A stretch of DNA of 64,000 nucleotides from assembly GCA_002305915.1 (NCBI GenBank), contig DBRJ01000063.1, positions 54,605 to 118,604 of the forward strand. Direction: 5' to 3'. Shown in pieces: positions 38,034-47,756 of this stretch; position 1 is the stretch's first letter; the number at the start of each line of letters is the position of its first letter. This DNA is from Pelotomaculum sp. UBA1371. Its GTDB lineage: Bacteria > Bacillota > Desulfotomaculia > Desulfotomaculales > Pelotomaculaceae. Made by a program: the position numbers and the translations under genes. The notes under the pieces are model-generated. The model saw only the letters and a list, made by a program, of their open reading frames with translations, was not told the origin of the DNA and ran no database searches.

Positions 38034-38120
38034 TATTTCAGCGGGTTTGCCGGACCGGTTTGTTGTCCCTGACGGGACGGGAATGTTGGACTGAATGCAG
38101 TTTTAATGGTTTTACGCAAG

Positions 38121-38147
38121 AAGGGAGGCAGTAAATTTGCCTCCCTT
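38121..38147. terminator. Bidirectional-looking terminator hairpin between convergent genes
   Basis: AAGGGAGGC-agtaaattt-GCCTCCCTT, a 9-bp stem with A/T-rich flanks on both sides. Confidence 0.55.
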
Positions 38148-38341
38148 CATAAGTTAAATATTAGAGAAGCTTCGGCAAAATAGCCTTAACCGGTGCTGTT
38201 GAGGCGCAGTAGAGGGAGCATAACTGAAGCATATTTTCACGCAGATGCTCTTACCCTGACTCGTCGACACAGGGATACAAGAAGGTGAGAACTGTCGTAA
38301 GTCATTCCCCTGGCGGGAAAAAAGCCAGGGGTGGCTCTGTT

Positions 38342-38563
38342 CTAATGACCGCAACTCCCGCAATTATTGGAACTGCAGGACCCGCAACCGGAGCCGGCGC
38401 CCTTCCCACTACCTGTGCCGCAGGCCTTGAAGGCTGACATAACCCGCGCAGGAGCTTGTTTGCCGCATTCAGGACACTTCAAATCTGCTCCGGTTTCGCC
38501 AACGGGGCAGAGTTTCTCAAAACGTTTGCCACACCCGTCACACCGGAATTCGTAAATGGGCAC
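38342..38563 (-). CDS. FmdB-family zinc-ribbon regulatory protein
   Basis: 'PIYEFRCDGCGKRFE......CPECG' is the FmdB CxxC...CxxC ribbon. The tail is Cys/Gly-rich. The likely GTG start is at 38563, with AAGGAG 11 nt upstream; the ORF-track start is 38575. Confidence 0.8.
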   Translation of the reverse strand: MPIYEFRCDGCGKRFEKLCPVGETGADLKCPECGKQAPARVMSAFKACGTGSGKGAGSGCGSCSSNNCGSCGH

Positions 38564-38724
38564 TGGAAGATGCACTCCTTCCTTTTAGTTCTGTCATTTA
38601 TTCTAATGAGCGGTAATTGACACTCTTTAGATTAATCGTGACAAACATCAATGTCAAGGCCGGTGAGGCTTTTTGTTGTAAAAAAAAAGGATTTCCGGAC
38701 GCCGGTGAGTAATTACATCTGTTT

Positions 38725-38809
38725 AAACAACAAAAAGGAGGAGATTAGGCAGATTCAGTTTTTAGTTAAACAATAAACAAGGAGGAAATTATGCGGATTC
38801 AGTTTTTAG
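38725..38809 (+). repeat. Tandem ~41-nt duplication of the ribosome-binding/initiation region of the beta-CASP gene
   Basis: Copy 1 (38725-38765) is aaacaacaaaaaggaggagattaGgcAgattcagtttttag. Copy 2 (38768-38809) is aaacaataaacaaggaggaaattaTgcGgattcagtttttag. Only copy 2 keeps the ATG, at 38791. Confidence 0.7.
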
Positions 38810-40359
38810 GGGCTGCCGGCACAGTGACAGGTTCATGTTTTCTCCTGGATACCTCTCAATCAAGGATCTTGATTGATTGCGGAATGTTTCAGGGCTCCAA
38901 AGAAGTCCGGGAACGGAATTACAGCAGCTTTTACGTACCGCCTCGCAGCATTCAATATGTTTTGCTTACCCATGCCCACATTGACCACAGCGGTCTGATA
39001 CCGAAACTTGTTAAACACGGTTTTAAAGGAAAAATTTATGCCACTCCTGCAACCATAGAACTATGCGAGGTACTCCTTCCCGACAGCGGCTACATTCAGG
39101 AAATGGAGGTTGAACGTAAAAACCGCAAGAACCGCCGGGCTGGACGGCCGATGATTGAACCGGTTTACAACGTTGATGAGGCCTACAAGAGCCTTCCTTT
39201 TTTTCAACCTGCCGGGTATAATCAGATAATCCGGATTTCCCCCGATGTCCGGGTACGTTTTGTGGATGCGGGACATATACTTGGTTCGGCCATGATCGAG
39301 GTCTGGGTACAGGAGGGTTCTTCGGAAATAAAACTCGTCTTTTCCGGGGATATTGGAAATCATAATCGTCCTATTGTTAATGACCCTTCAACAATTGCGG
39401 AAGCAGACTACGTCATTATGGAATCTACTTACGGCAACCGTCTGCACCAGCAGCATTGCGATAAAGAAATCGAATTATTGCACGAGATAATCTGGGATAC
39501 TTATAAAAAAGGAGGCAACCTGATTATTCCCGCCTTTGCGGTGGAGCGGACCCAGGACCTGCTTTACCACCTGATTTTATTAATGGAAGAACAAAGGATG
39601 CCCCCCATGCAGGTTTATATCGACAGTCCCCTGGCCACGGCTGCAACCAACGTTTTTCAAAGGCACCGCGATTGCTATGACCAGGAAGCCAGAGAGCTTG
39701 TTCAAAGGGGGGGGTGTCCCGTCATCCATCCGTCCCTGAAGTTTACGCTTTCGGCGGAGGAGTCAAAATCCTTGAACCAGATCAGCGGGGCCATTATTAT
39801 CTCCGCCAGCGGCATGTGCGAGGCCGGACGGATCAGGCATCATCTTAAATACAATCTCTGGCGGCCGGAAAGCACAGTGCTGTTTATCGGCTACCAGGCT
39901 GAAGGCACCCTGGGGCGGCTAATCCTGGACGGGCAAAAGAGCGTGCGCATATTTGGTGACGAAATAACTGTCAAGGCTGATATTCGAAATATTGAATGCT
40001 ACTCTTCCCATGCCGACCAGGCGGGGCTTTTGAGTTGGATAAAAAAATTTTCCAGCCCTCCCCGGGAGGTTTTCCTGGTTCACGGTGAGCCTGACGCCTC
40101 AGAATCCCTGGCAGACCTGATCCGGGTGGAAACTGGCCAAAAAGTTACAATTCCGGCCTGGCAGCAGATTGTGGAACTGGACCCGCTCGCTACTGAACCC
40201 GATGCTGCCGTCAAACAGGCCTACCGTTCGCTGAGCGGTAAAATCGGCAATCTCCTTTCCGCCGGGGTCAATCCTTTGCACCGGGAGGAAATACTCAACC
40301 GCCTGGCTGAACTGGAAGCTTTCATTGAGGAAAGGACGGTTAAAACCTCCGGAGTTTGA
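38791..40359 (+). CDS. Metallo-beta-lactamase / beta-CASP family ribonuclease-like protein
   Basis: 'FLGAAGTVTGSCFLL', the MBL motif 'LLTHAHIDHSG', 'ESTYG', the beta-CASP region and 'SSHADQ..L' are present. The protein is 522 aa. Confidence 0.85.
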   Translation: MRIQFLGAAGTVTGSCFLLDTSQSRILIDCGMFQGSKEVRERNYSSFYVPPRSIQYVLLTHAHIDHSGLIPKLVKHGFKGKIYATPATIELCEVLLPDSGYIQEMEVERKNRKNRRAGRPMIEPVYNVDEAYKSLPFFQPAGYNQIIRISPDVRVRFVDAGHILGSAMIEVWVQEGSSEIKLVFSGDIGNHNRPIVNDPSTIAEADYVIMESTYGNRLHQQHCDKEIELLHEIIWDTYKKGGNLIIPAFAVERTQDLLYHLILLMEEQRMPPMQVYIDSPLATAATNVFQRHRDCYDQEARELVQRGGCPVIHPSLKFTLSAEESKSLNQISGAIIISASGMCEAGRIRHHLKYNLWRPESTVLFIGYQAEGTLGRLILDGQKSVRIFGDEITVKADIRNIECYSSHADQAGLLSWIKKFSSPPREVFLVHGEPDASESLADLIRVETGQKVTIPAWQQIVELDPLATEPDAAVKQAYRSLSGKIGNLLSAGVNPLHREEILNRLAELEAFIEERTVKTSGV

Positions 40360-40374
40360 AGAAAGGGTTTCAAA

Positions 40375-41187
40375 ATGCAATCACTTACTTTTAAGGGCGG
40401 CCTGCAATTTTATATATTTCCCCACTTTGAGAATTCCGGCAAGGTTATTCACGGTTTTACAACCCGTAACGGCGGTGTTAGCCGAGCGCCCTATAGCTCT
40501 TTAAATACTGCCTTTCACGTTGGGGATGACGAGGCTGACGTCCGGACCAACCGTCAGATGGCCTGTGCAGCCCTCGGACTCAACCCCGCGGATTTAGTTG
40601 CCGGCAGGCAGGTTCATGGGGACCGGATTGAAGTGGTCGGCCTGGAAGACAGGGGTAGAGGCGCAATCTCCGACAACAGTTCCCTTCCCGGCACGGACGC
40701 ACTGGTAACTGGAATTACTGGGGTCCCCCTGTCCAGCTACTATGCTGATTGTGTGCCGGTTTTCCTGCTCGATCCCGTTAAAGGAGTCATTGCCATCGCC
40801 CATGCCGGATGGAAGGGCACAGCCTTAAGAATCGCAGAAAAAACCCTGAAAAAGATGAGGGATTCTTTCGGCGTTGCTCCGCGGGATTGCCTGGCCGGGA
40901 TCGGTCCCTCTGTGGGACCCTGCTGTTACGAGGTGGATGAAAGGGTTATAAGCCCTTTTCAAAAGAGTTTTCCGGGAATCCGGGATTTGGCTGTTCCAAC
41001 TCCGTCCGGCCGGTGGCGGCTGAATTTGTGGGAAGCAAACCGCCGTACCCTTCTGGATGCCGGTCTCAAGGCTGAAAACATTGTCTCTTCCCGGATCTGC
41101 ACCTCCTGCCACCAGCAACATTTTTATTCCTACAGGGCTCAAGGGGGAAATACAGGCCGGATGACGGCTTTGATTATGTTAAAATAA
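40375..41187 (+). CDS. pgeF: Peptidoglycan editing factor PgeF (YlmD/YfiH, DUF152 family)
   Basis: 'HGFTTRNGGVS..PYSSLN', 'QVHG', 'YADCVPV', 'AHAGWKGT' and 'CTSC....FYSYR' are present. Confidence 0.9.
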   Translation: MQSLTFKGGLQFYIFPHFENSGKVIHGFTTRNGGVSRAPYSSLNTAFHVGDDEADVRTNRQMACAALGLNPADLVAGRQVHGDRIEVVGLEDRGRGAISDNSSLPGTDALVTGITGVPLSSYYADCVPVFLLDPVKGVIAIAHAGWKGTALRIAEKTLKKMRDSFGVAPRDCLAGIGPSVGPCCYEVDERVISPFQKSFPGIRDLAVPTPSGRWRLNLWEANRRTLLDAGLKAENIVSSRICTSCHQQHFYSYRAQGGNTGRMTALIMLK

Positions 41188-41276
41188 GTTTAACAGGCAG
41201 GCTTAAAAGGATCTGTTTATTTTAGGCAATCACTTTTAGGGTAACAAAAGAGATAGAGTCCGAGGAAATTCGAAAG

Positions 41277-41999
41277 GTGATGGGGATGCCAAAAATACTG
41301 GTGGTGGACGATGAGAAAAATATTCTGGAACTGGTCCGCTTTAATCTGGAACGGGAAGGATATGAGGTATTAACTTCCCTGGACGGCGCCCGGGGTCTCG
41401 AATTGGCCCGCAGCGAAAATCCGGATTTAATTGTGCTTGATGTGATGCTCCCTGAGATTAGCGGCCTGGAGGTTTGCCGGGAACTGCACCTGGATCCCGC
41501 AACAAAGAAGATACCCATTATTATGCTCAGCGCCAGAGCCGATGAACTGGACCGGGTCCTGGGATTGGAAATGGGTGCCGATGATTACGTGACCAAGCCT
41601 TTCAGTCCCCGGGAGTTGGTGGCCAGGATTAAAGCAAGGCTGAGGCGGTCACGCAGGGGAGCAACAGGAGCTGAAGAAGCTTCGGAATCGCGTCTTGATT
41701 ACGGGCGGATGGTCATAGACGAGGACCGGTTCGCTGTTTATGTAGATGGCGAAAAGCAGGAATTTACACCCAAAGAATTTGAACTGATCCGCTTCCTGGC
41801 CAGGCACCCCGGCAAGGTATTTTCCAGGGATCAGCTATTAGAGCAGGTTTGGGGTTATGATTATGCTGGGGATTCCCGTACTGTAGACGTTCATATCCGG
41901 CATATCCGGCATAAACTGGAAAATCTACCGGAAGGAGAACAGGTCATAGAAACTGTGCGAGGGGTAGGTTATCGCTTTAAGGAGGGCTGGCGTTGCTAA
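41277..41999 (+). CDS. OmpR/PhoB-family response regulator
   Basis: It has a receiver domain ('ILVVDDE', 'DLIVLDVMLP', 'KP') and a winged-helix output ('LTPKEFELIRFLARHPGKVFSRDQLL..VWG', 'RGVGYRF'). The start may be ATG 41280 or 41286. Confidence 0.9.
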   Translation: MMGMPKILVVDDEKNILELVRFNLEREGYEVLTSLDGARGLELARSENPDLIVLDVMLPEISGLEVCRELHLDPATKKIPIIMLSARADELDRVLGLEMGADDYVTKPFSPRELVARIKARLRRSRRGATGAEEASESRLDYGRMVIDEDRFAVYVDGEKQEFTPKEFELIRFLARHPGKVFSRDQLLEQVWGYDYAGDSRTVDVHIRHIRHKLENLPEGEQVIETVRGVGYRFKEGWRC

Positions 42000-43405
42000 T
42001 CAAACTGGGTACTTTCTGGAGATTTGGCTGGAGGCCGATTGCCAGCTACTTTTTTCTCTTTCTGGTGTTTTTTGCCTTGACGCAGCTTACTTCCGATGAA
42101 AGGGTAAGTCTCTGGGGGGCGGCGGCTACTGCCTTTATCTGTTCCGCTATCCTTGCTTTGATTATGTATAAGCGTTTAATCAATCCCCTGGGTGAAATGG
42201 CTGAAATCGCCCAGGAGATGGCCAGGGGAAATTTGGATCAGGAGATCCGGAATTTCGCCCAGGACGAAATAGGCGACCTGGCCCGTTCCATAAACTATAT
42301 GGCGAGGCAGCTGAAGAGCAATATTGAAAGTGTTATTTCGGAAAAAAACCGGATTCAGGCCATTTTGTCCAGTATAGCCGACGGTGTGATCGCCGTGGAC
42401 AACTGGGGGAGGGTTATTCTGATTAACCCTGTGGTGGAAGAATTGTTTGGTATAGACATGGCCTATAGTAAAGGAAAAAACATCCTTAGGGTGATTCGCA
42501 ATTATGAACTGGAAAAAATGCTGAGCAAGGCTCTGGAAACCGGATGTCCTGTAGAAAAGCAAATTGAAATTTTAACGCCGGAGCCGCTGGTTTTCCGTGT
42601 CCATGTGACCCCCTTAAAGAATATCGGGGTGGAACACGGGGGGGCTGTGGCTGTACTCAAGGACGTCACAGAAAGAAAAAGAGTGGAAGAGATGCGCAGC
42701 GATTTTGTTGCCAATGTTTCCCATGAGCTGAGAACACCCCTGACTTCCATCCGGGGTTTTGCGGAGACGCTGCTGGACGGGGCCATTGATGAACCGAAAC
42801 TGGCCAGGCAGTTCTTGGAGATTATGAACACAGAAACCGAGCGTCTGTCAAGGTTAATCGATGAACTACTAAACCTTTCCAAGATTGAAGACCGTAAGAC
42901 CGTACCGAGCCTGCAGCTGTTAAAAATTGAAGATTTAATCCAGAGGACGGTTGCCATCCTGAAATCCCGGGCTCAGGAAAAAAATATTGAGATAAGTATT
43001 AGTTTGCCTGATAATCTTCCTCAGGTTCCTGGTGATCCCGATATGCTGAGCCAGGTTTTAATCAACCTCATCGATAATTCGGTCAGCTATACCCAGCCGG
43101 GAGGTAAAATTCAGATCCACGCTGCAGCCTGGGAAGATGAATTAAAGGTGGATGTGCAGGACAACGGTATCGGTATACCGCCGGAAAGCCTCTCCCGGGT
43201 TTTTGAAAGGTTCTACAGGGTGGATAAGGCGCGCTCCCGGGAGCAGGGGGGTACCGGCCTGGGACTTTCCATCGTCAAACATATAATTGATGCCCACCAT
43301 GGAAGTGTTCAGGTAGAAAGCAAGGTCGGTGTGGGCAGCACGTTTTCCTTTGTTCTGCCTTTACACAAAACGGGCAGCAGCAAAACACTTCAGTATATGT
43401 TGTAA
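41993..43405 (+). CDS. Sensor histidine kinase (2 TM, HAMP, PAS, HisKA, HATPase_c; PhoR/WalK-like)
   Basis: The H-box is 'FVANVSHELRTPLTSI', the N-box is 'NLIDNSVSY', and the G-boxes are 'DNGIGI' and 'GTGLGLSIV'. The TTG start overlaps the response-regulator stop. Confidence 0.9.
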   Translation: MLIKLGTFWRFGWRPIASYFFLFLVFFALTQLTSDERVSLWGAAATAFICSAILALIMYKRLINPLGEMAEIAQEMARGNLDQEIRNFAQDEIGDLARSINYMARQLKSNIESVISEKNRIQAILSSIADGVIAVDNWGRVILINPVVEELFGIDMAYSKGKNILRVIRNYELEKMLSKALETGCPVEKQIEILTPEPLVFRVHVTPLKNIGVEHGGAVAVLKDVTERKRVEEMRSDFVANVSHELRTPLTSIRGFAETLLDGAIDEPKLARQFLEIMNTETERLSRLIDELLNLSKIEDRKTVPSLQLLKIEDLIQRTVAILKSRAQEKNIEISISLPDNLPQVPGDPDMLSQVLINLIDNSVSYTQPGGKIQIHAAAWEDELKVDVQDNGIGIPPESLSRVFERFYRVDKARSREQGGTGLGLSIVKHIIDAHHGSVQVESKVGVGSTFSFVLPLHKTGSSKTLQYML

Positions 43406-43528
43406 TTTTCAAAAGGTCTTAAAAACTTGGATTTTTTTAAATTGAGCGCAGGCCATGATCACGCAGGAATTAGCTTTCCGGCCGTCGAAATAAGATTCTA
43501 CATTTGAAGTTAATATTTGGGGGAGTGA

Positions 43529-44482
43529 ATGAGAAAAGAAACCACTATTCCCATTTCGAGAAGGAGAAAACGCAGAACTCCTGACTCCTGCCTGCCTTAC
43601 CTTGCTCTGGCGGTCCTGTTAATCTGCGGGGCCTTTATTGCCTGGGGACGCCTTGCTGTATTATTATCTGGAGTACAGTTTCTTACCCAGCAGGAGATTT
43701 GCCAGACCGTCCTGCTGGAGGGCATCCTCGTTAAGGAAGAAATAGTAATCCGGTCCCCGGTCACAGGAAAAGTTCATTTTAAGGCAACTGATGGAAACCG
43801 TCTCGAAATGGGGGCGCCGGCAGCAGAAGTGGTGGCTGTAGAGGGCGGTGGGGCTTCGTATAGATTGATTACACCTTCTGCGGGTATGTTTTGTACCCAC
43901 CTGGACGGTCTTGAGAATGTTCTTTCTCCTGCTAATCTTGATGTATTGGATTTTTCCAGCCTTGAAAGAATAAGTCGCAAGCAAGTATTAGAAGGAGAGC
44001 GAGTGGAAAAGGGGCAGCCTGTATTTAAATTAATTGATAATCTTTCTGCCACATATTTATACACGGAGACTTCAAAGACGGACTTTCCGGTTCAACTAAA
44101 GGAAGGGTCCAATTGGTTTAAAGCAACATGGAATGACCTTCCCCTGATGGTTAAGACTTATAGTATTGTAGAGAAAGGGGACAGGTGGGAAGGGTTGTTT
44201 CAATTGTCCGGTTTTCCGGACGAACTGGTTCACAACCGGCAGGTAAGTTTGAAGATCATTTCAGTCCGGCTTGCAGGATTCCTGGTACCGCAGTATGCTG
44301 TTGTTTACCGGGACGAAACGCCCGGTATATATCTGGCTGTTAAGAAAAGAGCCCAGTGGGTTCCTGTCAAGGTTGAGGGTGAGTTACAGGGAAAGGTGGC
44401 TATTTCCGGCAGGGGATTGGGTGAGGACACCCGGTATGTGAGCAACCCCTTGCTGGTCCGGGATGGGAGCCTGGTGGAATAA
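43529..44482 (+). CDS. Membrane-anchored HlyD-like (biotinyl/lipoyl-barrel adaptor-like) protein of unknown function
   Basis: It has an N-terminal TM segment. 'IRSPVTGKVHFKATDGNRLEMGAPAAEVV' resembles the lipoyl-like hairpin of HlyD/MFP adaptors, and the C-terminal beta-barrel-like 'GIYLAVKKRAQWVPVKVEGELQGKVAIS' follows. The family call is tentative. Confidence 0.45.
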   Translation: MRKETTIPISRRRKRRTPDSCLPYLALAVLLICGAFIAWGRLAVLLSGVQFLTQQEICQTVLLEGILVKEEIVIRSPVTGKVHFKATDGNRLEMGAPAAEVVAVEGGGASYRLITPSAGMFCTHLDGLENVLSPANLDVLDFSSLERISRKQVLEGERVEKGQPVFKLIDNLSATYLYTETSKTDFPVQLKEGSNWFKATWNDLPLMVKTYSIVEKGDRWEGLFQLSGFPDELVHNRQVSLKIISVRLAGFLVPQYAVVYRDETPGIYLAVKKRAQWVPVKVEGELQGKVAISGRGLGEDTRYVSNPLLVRDGSLVE

Positions 44483-44496
44483 AGGGGCGAGGTAGA

Positions 44497-45177
44497 TTGA
44501 ATGTCCTGGACAACCTTAACCGGGTGCGCCGGCAAATCGCTGCAACCGCCCTGCGTGCAGGCCGCGACCCGGCTCAGGTGAAGCTGGTAGCGGTTACCAA
44601 AACAGTTCCGGTGGAAATCATCAGGGAGATGCTCACCCTGGGTTTGGATAGCCTGGGGGAGAACAGGGCGCAGGAATTGCTGTCCAAGTACAAGGAGTTG
44701 CCCCCTGGTGTGGAGTGGCATTTTATTGGTCGCCTGCAAACTAATAAAGTCAAAAAAATAATTGATAAAGTCAGCTTAATCCATTCCCTGGACCGCTGGT
44801 CCCTGGCTCTGGAAATTAGCCGGGCGGCCTGCGAAAAGGGCCTGACTGCCCGGGTCCTGGTGCAGGTTAACGCATCAGGTGAAAAGACAAAATCCGGCTT
44901 ACACCTTCAGGAAGTGGAGGAGTTTGTGACTGAGGCAAGCCGCCTGCCGGGTTTGGAAATATGCGGCTTGATGACCATTGCGCCCTGGACTGAAAACCCG
45001 GAGGATGTACGCCCGGTCTTCAGGCAGGTGAGGGACTTGAGCCTGCGGCTACAGCACAATCTGAAAGCCAGAATGGACTGCCTGTCCATGGGCATGAGCG
45101 GTGACTATGAAGTAGCCCTGGAAGAAGGCGCCAACGTCCTGCGGATCGGAACGGCAATTTTTGGCCGGCGGGTTTAA
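44497..45177 (+). CDS. ylmE: YggS/YlmE-family pyridoxal-phosphate homeostasis protein
   Basis: 'KLVAVTKTVP', 'GENR.QEL', 'WHFIGRLQTNKVK', 'LSMGMSGDY' and 'LRIGTAIFG' are present. It starts at TTG. Confidence 0.9.
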   Translation: MNVLDNLNRVRRQIAATALRAGRDPAQVKLVAVTKTVPVEIIREMLTLGLDSLGENRAQELLSKYKELPPGVEWHFIGRLQTNKVKKIIDKVSLIHSLDRWSLALEISRAACEKGLTARVLVQVNASGEKTKSGLHLQEVEEFVTEASRLPGLEICGLMTIAPWTENPEDVRPVFRQVRDLSLRLQHNLKARMDCLSMGMSGDYEVALEEGANVLRIGTAIFGRRV

Positions 45178-45268
45178 GAAAACCTTGGTGAAGAAGGTCT
45201 GGATTCTCCTTAAAAAGAGACTTTCCATTAAAGGCATGTAGAGCATAAATACAAGGAGGGACGAGCCT

Positions 45269-45736
45269 ATGGCCGTGAAGCTTGTTGATAAAGTACTCAG
45301 CTTCATGGGATTTGAAGAAGAGGCTGTGGAGGAAGACACTAAATTCAACCGGGAAGAAGAACCGGAAGAGCAGCCCTGGCGCCGGAAAAGGGACAGGTTC
45401 AGGGAAAAGGAAAAGGAGACGGGCTCTGTTGTAAGCCTCCCGGTCCAGCGCCAGGTGCGGGTTGTGGTAGTGGAGCCCAAGGTGTTTGACGAAGTTAAGG
45501 ATATTGCCGAAAATCTCAAAAACAGGCGCCCGGTTATTGTTAATCTGGAACAGGCTACTCCGGAACTGGCCAGACGGGTGGTAGATTTTGTGATGGGGGC
45601 GTCCTATGCGTTGAACGGGAGTCAGCAAAAAGTAGGCAGCGGAATATTTCTTTTCGTCCCGAGCAATATGGATATATCCAGCGAACTAAAGGAACAGGGC
45701 AGGGAAAAAGGGATGTTTTCCTGGATGCGTACATAA
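45269..45736 (+). CDS. sepF: Cell division protein SepF
   Basis: 'VVVVEPKVFDEVKDIAENLKNRRPVIVNLE', 'ARRVVDFVMGASYALNG' and 'IFLFVPSNMDI' are present. Confidence 0.9.
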   Translation: MAVKLVDKVLSFMGFEEEAVEEDTKFNREEEPEEQPWRRKRDRFREKEKETGSVVSLPVQRQVRVVVVEPKVFDEVKDIAENLKNRRPVIVNLEQATPELARRVVDFVMGASYALNGSQQKVGSGIFLFVPSNMDISSELKEQGREKGMFSWMRT

Positions 45737-45756
45737 TGTCATAAGGAGGTGGTACT

Positions 45757-46575
45757 GTGCCCCTAAAGGGTCAGAAAATTGGTTTTCTGGGCGCTGGGGT
45801 CATGGCGGAAGCCTTAATCTCCGGCCTGCTTAAAGCTGGTCTGGTATCGCCTGCCGGGCTTATTGCCTGCGATGTCAACACCGGGCGGCTGGAGCTCCTC
45901 AAAGGAAAATATCTGATTGAAACAACGGTTGCTAACCAGGAGCTGATTAAACAGGCGGATCTGGTTATCCTTGCCGTCAAGCCACCTGTCGTCGTGCCGC
46001 TGTTAAAAGAAACTGCCCGGGCCTGGGGTTCGGGTCAAACCCTGATTTCAATTGCAGCGGGTATCACCACCGGAACAATCGAATCATGCCTGGAAAGACC
46101 GGTACAGGTGGTACGGGTAATGCCCAATACGCCCTGCCTTGTTGGAGAAGGGGCCAGCGCAGTCAGTGCCGGCAGCAAAGCCTCCAGGGAGAGCGTCAAC
46201 AGGGCGCTGGCTATTTTTACAGCGGTGGGAAAAGCAGTGGAAGTTCCCGAAGCACTCCTTGATTGTGTAACAGGCTTGAGCGGCAGCGGTCCGGGTTATA
46301 TGTATCTGATCCTGGAGGGGTTGATTGACGGAGCAGTGAGGCAGGGCTTGCCAAGGGATGTGGCCAGGCTTTTAATTACTCAAACAATGCTGGGCTCCGC
46401 TAAAATGGTCCTTGATACCGGGGAGCACCCTGCCAGGTTAAAGGATATGGTGACTACACCGGGGGGAACTACCATAGCCGGGTTGTATGCCCTGGAAGAA
46501 GGATCTTTAAGAGCGCTGCTGATGAAAGCAGTCGCCGATGCCTCCCGCCGCTCGCGGGAGCTTTCCGGGAAATAA
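45757..46575 (+). CDS. proC: Pyrroline-5-carboxylate reductase
   Basis: 'IGFLGAGVMAEA', 'VVRVMPNTPCLVGEG', 'GSGPGYMYL' and 'VTTPGGTTIAGL' are present. It starts at a GTG behind AAGGAGGTG. Confidence 0.9.
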   Translation: MPLKGQKIGFLGAGVMAEALISGLLKAGLVSPAGLIACDVNTGRLELLKGKYLIETTVANQELIKQADLVILAVKPPVVVPLLKETARAWGSGQTLISIAAGITTGTIESCLERPVQVVRVMPNTPCLVGEGASAVSAGSKASRESVNRALAIFTAVGKAVEVPEALLDCVTGLSGSGPGYMYLILEGLIDGAVRQGLPRDVARLLITQTMLGSAKMVLDTGEHPARLKDMVTTPGGTTIAGLYALEEGSLRALLMKAVADASRRSRELSGK

Positions 46576-46620
46576 CCGGGCCGGTCATCAGGGCCCGGGA
46601 GTCTAATTGTGGGGTGGATT

Positions 46621-46887
46621 ATGGGTATTGTTGTTACAGCGATAGATGTTGCTTTTCAGGTTTATACCTGGCTGTTAATCATTCGAATCCTTCTTTCCTG
46701 GTTTCCCCGCCTTAATCCGTATCACCCGGTGATCCGGTTTATCTATGAAATCACGGAGCCCTTTCTTGTGCTTTTCAGGCGGGTTATTCCTCCTATCGGA
46801 GCTGTTGATTTCTCCCCGATTATTGCTTTTTTCGTCCTGCAGTTAATCAGGCAGGTTATCGTTGGAATTCTCTGGAGGATTCTGTGA
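46621..46887 (+). CDS. ylmG: YggT/YlmG-family membrane protein
   Basis: 'YTWLLIIRILLSWFP', 'TEPFL..FRR.IPPIG..DFSPI' are present. The start is ATG 46621, behind GGGGTGG. Confidence 0.85.
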   Translation: MGIVVTAIDVAFQVYTWLLIIRILLSWFPRLNPYHPVIRFIYEITEPFLVLFRRVIPPIGAVDFSPIIAFFVLQLIRQVIVGILWRIL

Positions 46888-47675
46888 AGCCGGATCGCAA
46901 GAAGTTGCTGGAACGTGCCCGGAACGGAGAGGAAAGAGCTTTGTTTAACAGGGCCTTGGATCTGGGAGAAGCCGTGTTGACCAGCGGAGTGACCCAGTTA
47001 ACCGGTTTTTACGACCCGTATCGCGCGGGTCTTATCATTTCCCTGAGCAAGGCGCTTCCAGGGCTGGCCGCCACGCCGGCGGGCGGTTATAAGGGCGCTG
47101 AAAGGGTGTGCCTGGCTCTTCATCCCGTTGGTGTTGAACCCCTCTGGACAGATTATGACTTCGCTTTAATCGCGATAAAAGGTAACTTTGAAAGAGCTGG
47201 AGTCAAATACCGCGATGTTCAGGGAGCACTTATGGGACTGGGCTTGAAGCGGGAGAAGTTTGGGGATATCCGGCTTTCAGATGGGGAGGCGCAAGTCGTC
47301 ACTACGGGGGATGTTGCGCCCTATGTGGCTGCGAACCTGAACAAGGTCGGCCGGGTTAGGGTAGTGGTGGAGATCACAACTTGTGAGGGTTTACGGCCAC
47401 CGGAGCATCCCTTCAAGGAAATCAAGGCAACTGTTTCCTCCCTTCGCCTGGATTCTGTCGCTGCGGCTTGTTTTTCTACTTCCCGCAGCAAAATTGTCCG
47501 GGATATTGAGGCTGAACAATTGAGTGTAAACTGGCAAGTCTGTTCTGATCCTGCAACGCCGGTCGGCGAGGGAGATACTATTTCTGCCCGCGGTCGTGGA
47601 CGGGCAGTGGTAGCCGGTGTTAAAGGTCCGCTCAAAAGCGGACGCATGGGTGTTGTCATAAATAAATACGTTTAG
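46884..47675 (+). CDS. ylmH: YlmH-family RNA-binding protein (S4 domain)
   Basis: The GTG start overlaps the ylmG stop (GTGA). The C-terminal S4-like segment is 'LRLDSVAAACFSTSRSKIVRDIEAEQLSVNWQV'. Its position before divIVA matches B. subtilis. Confidence 0.8.
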   Translation: MKPDRKKLLERARNGEERALFNRALDLGEAVLTSGVTQLTGFYDPYRAGLIISLSKALPGLAATPAGGYKGAERVCLALHPVGVEPLWTDYDFALIAIKGNFERAGVKYRDVQGALMGLGLKREKFGDIRLSDGEAQVVTTGDVAPYVAANLNKVGRVRVVVEITTCEGLRPPEHPFKEIKATVSSLRLDSVAAACFSTSRSKIVRDIEAEQLSVNWQVCSDPATPVGEGDTISARGRGRAVVAGVKGPLKSGRMGVVINKYV

Positions 47676-47756
47676 CGTTTTTCTGAAATTTATATAATGA
47701 TTAAAATGAAGACAAGCCTATTCCCATAGTGGTTAGATTGGACAGGTATTAACGAG

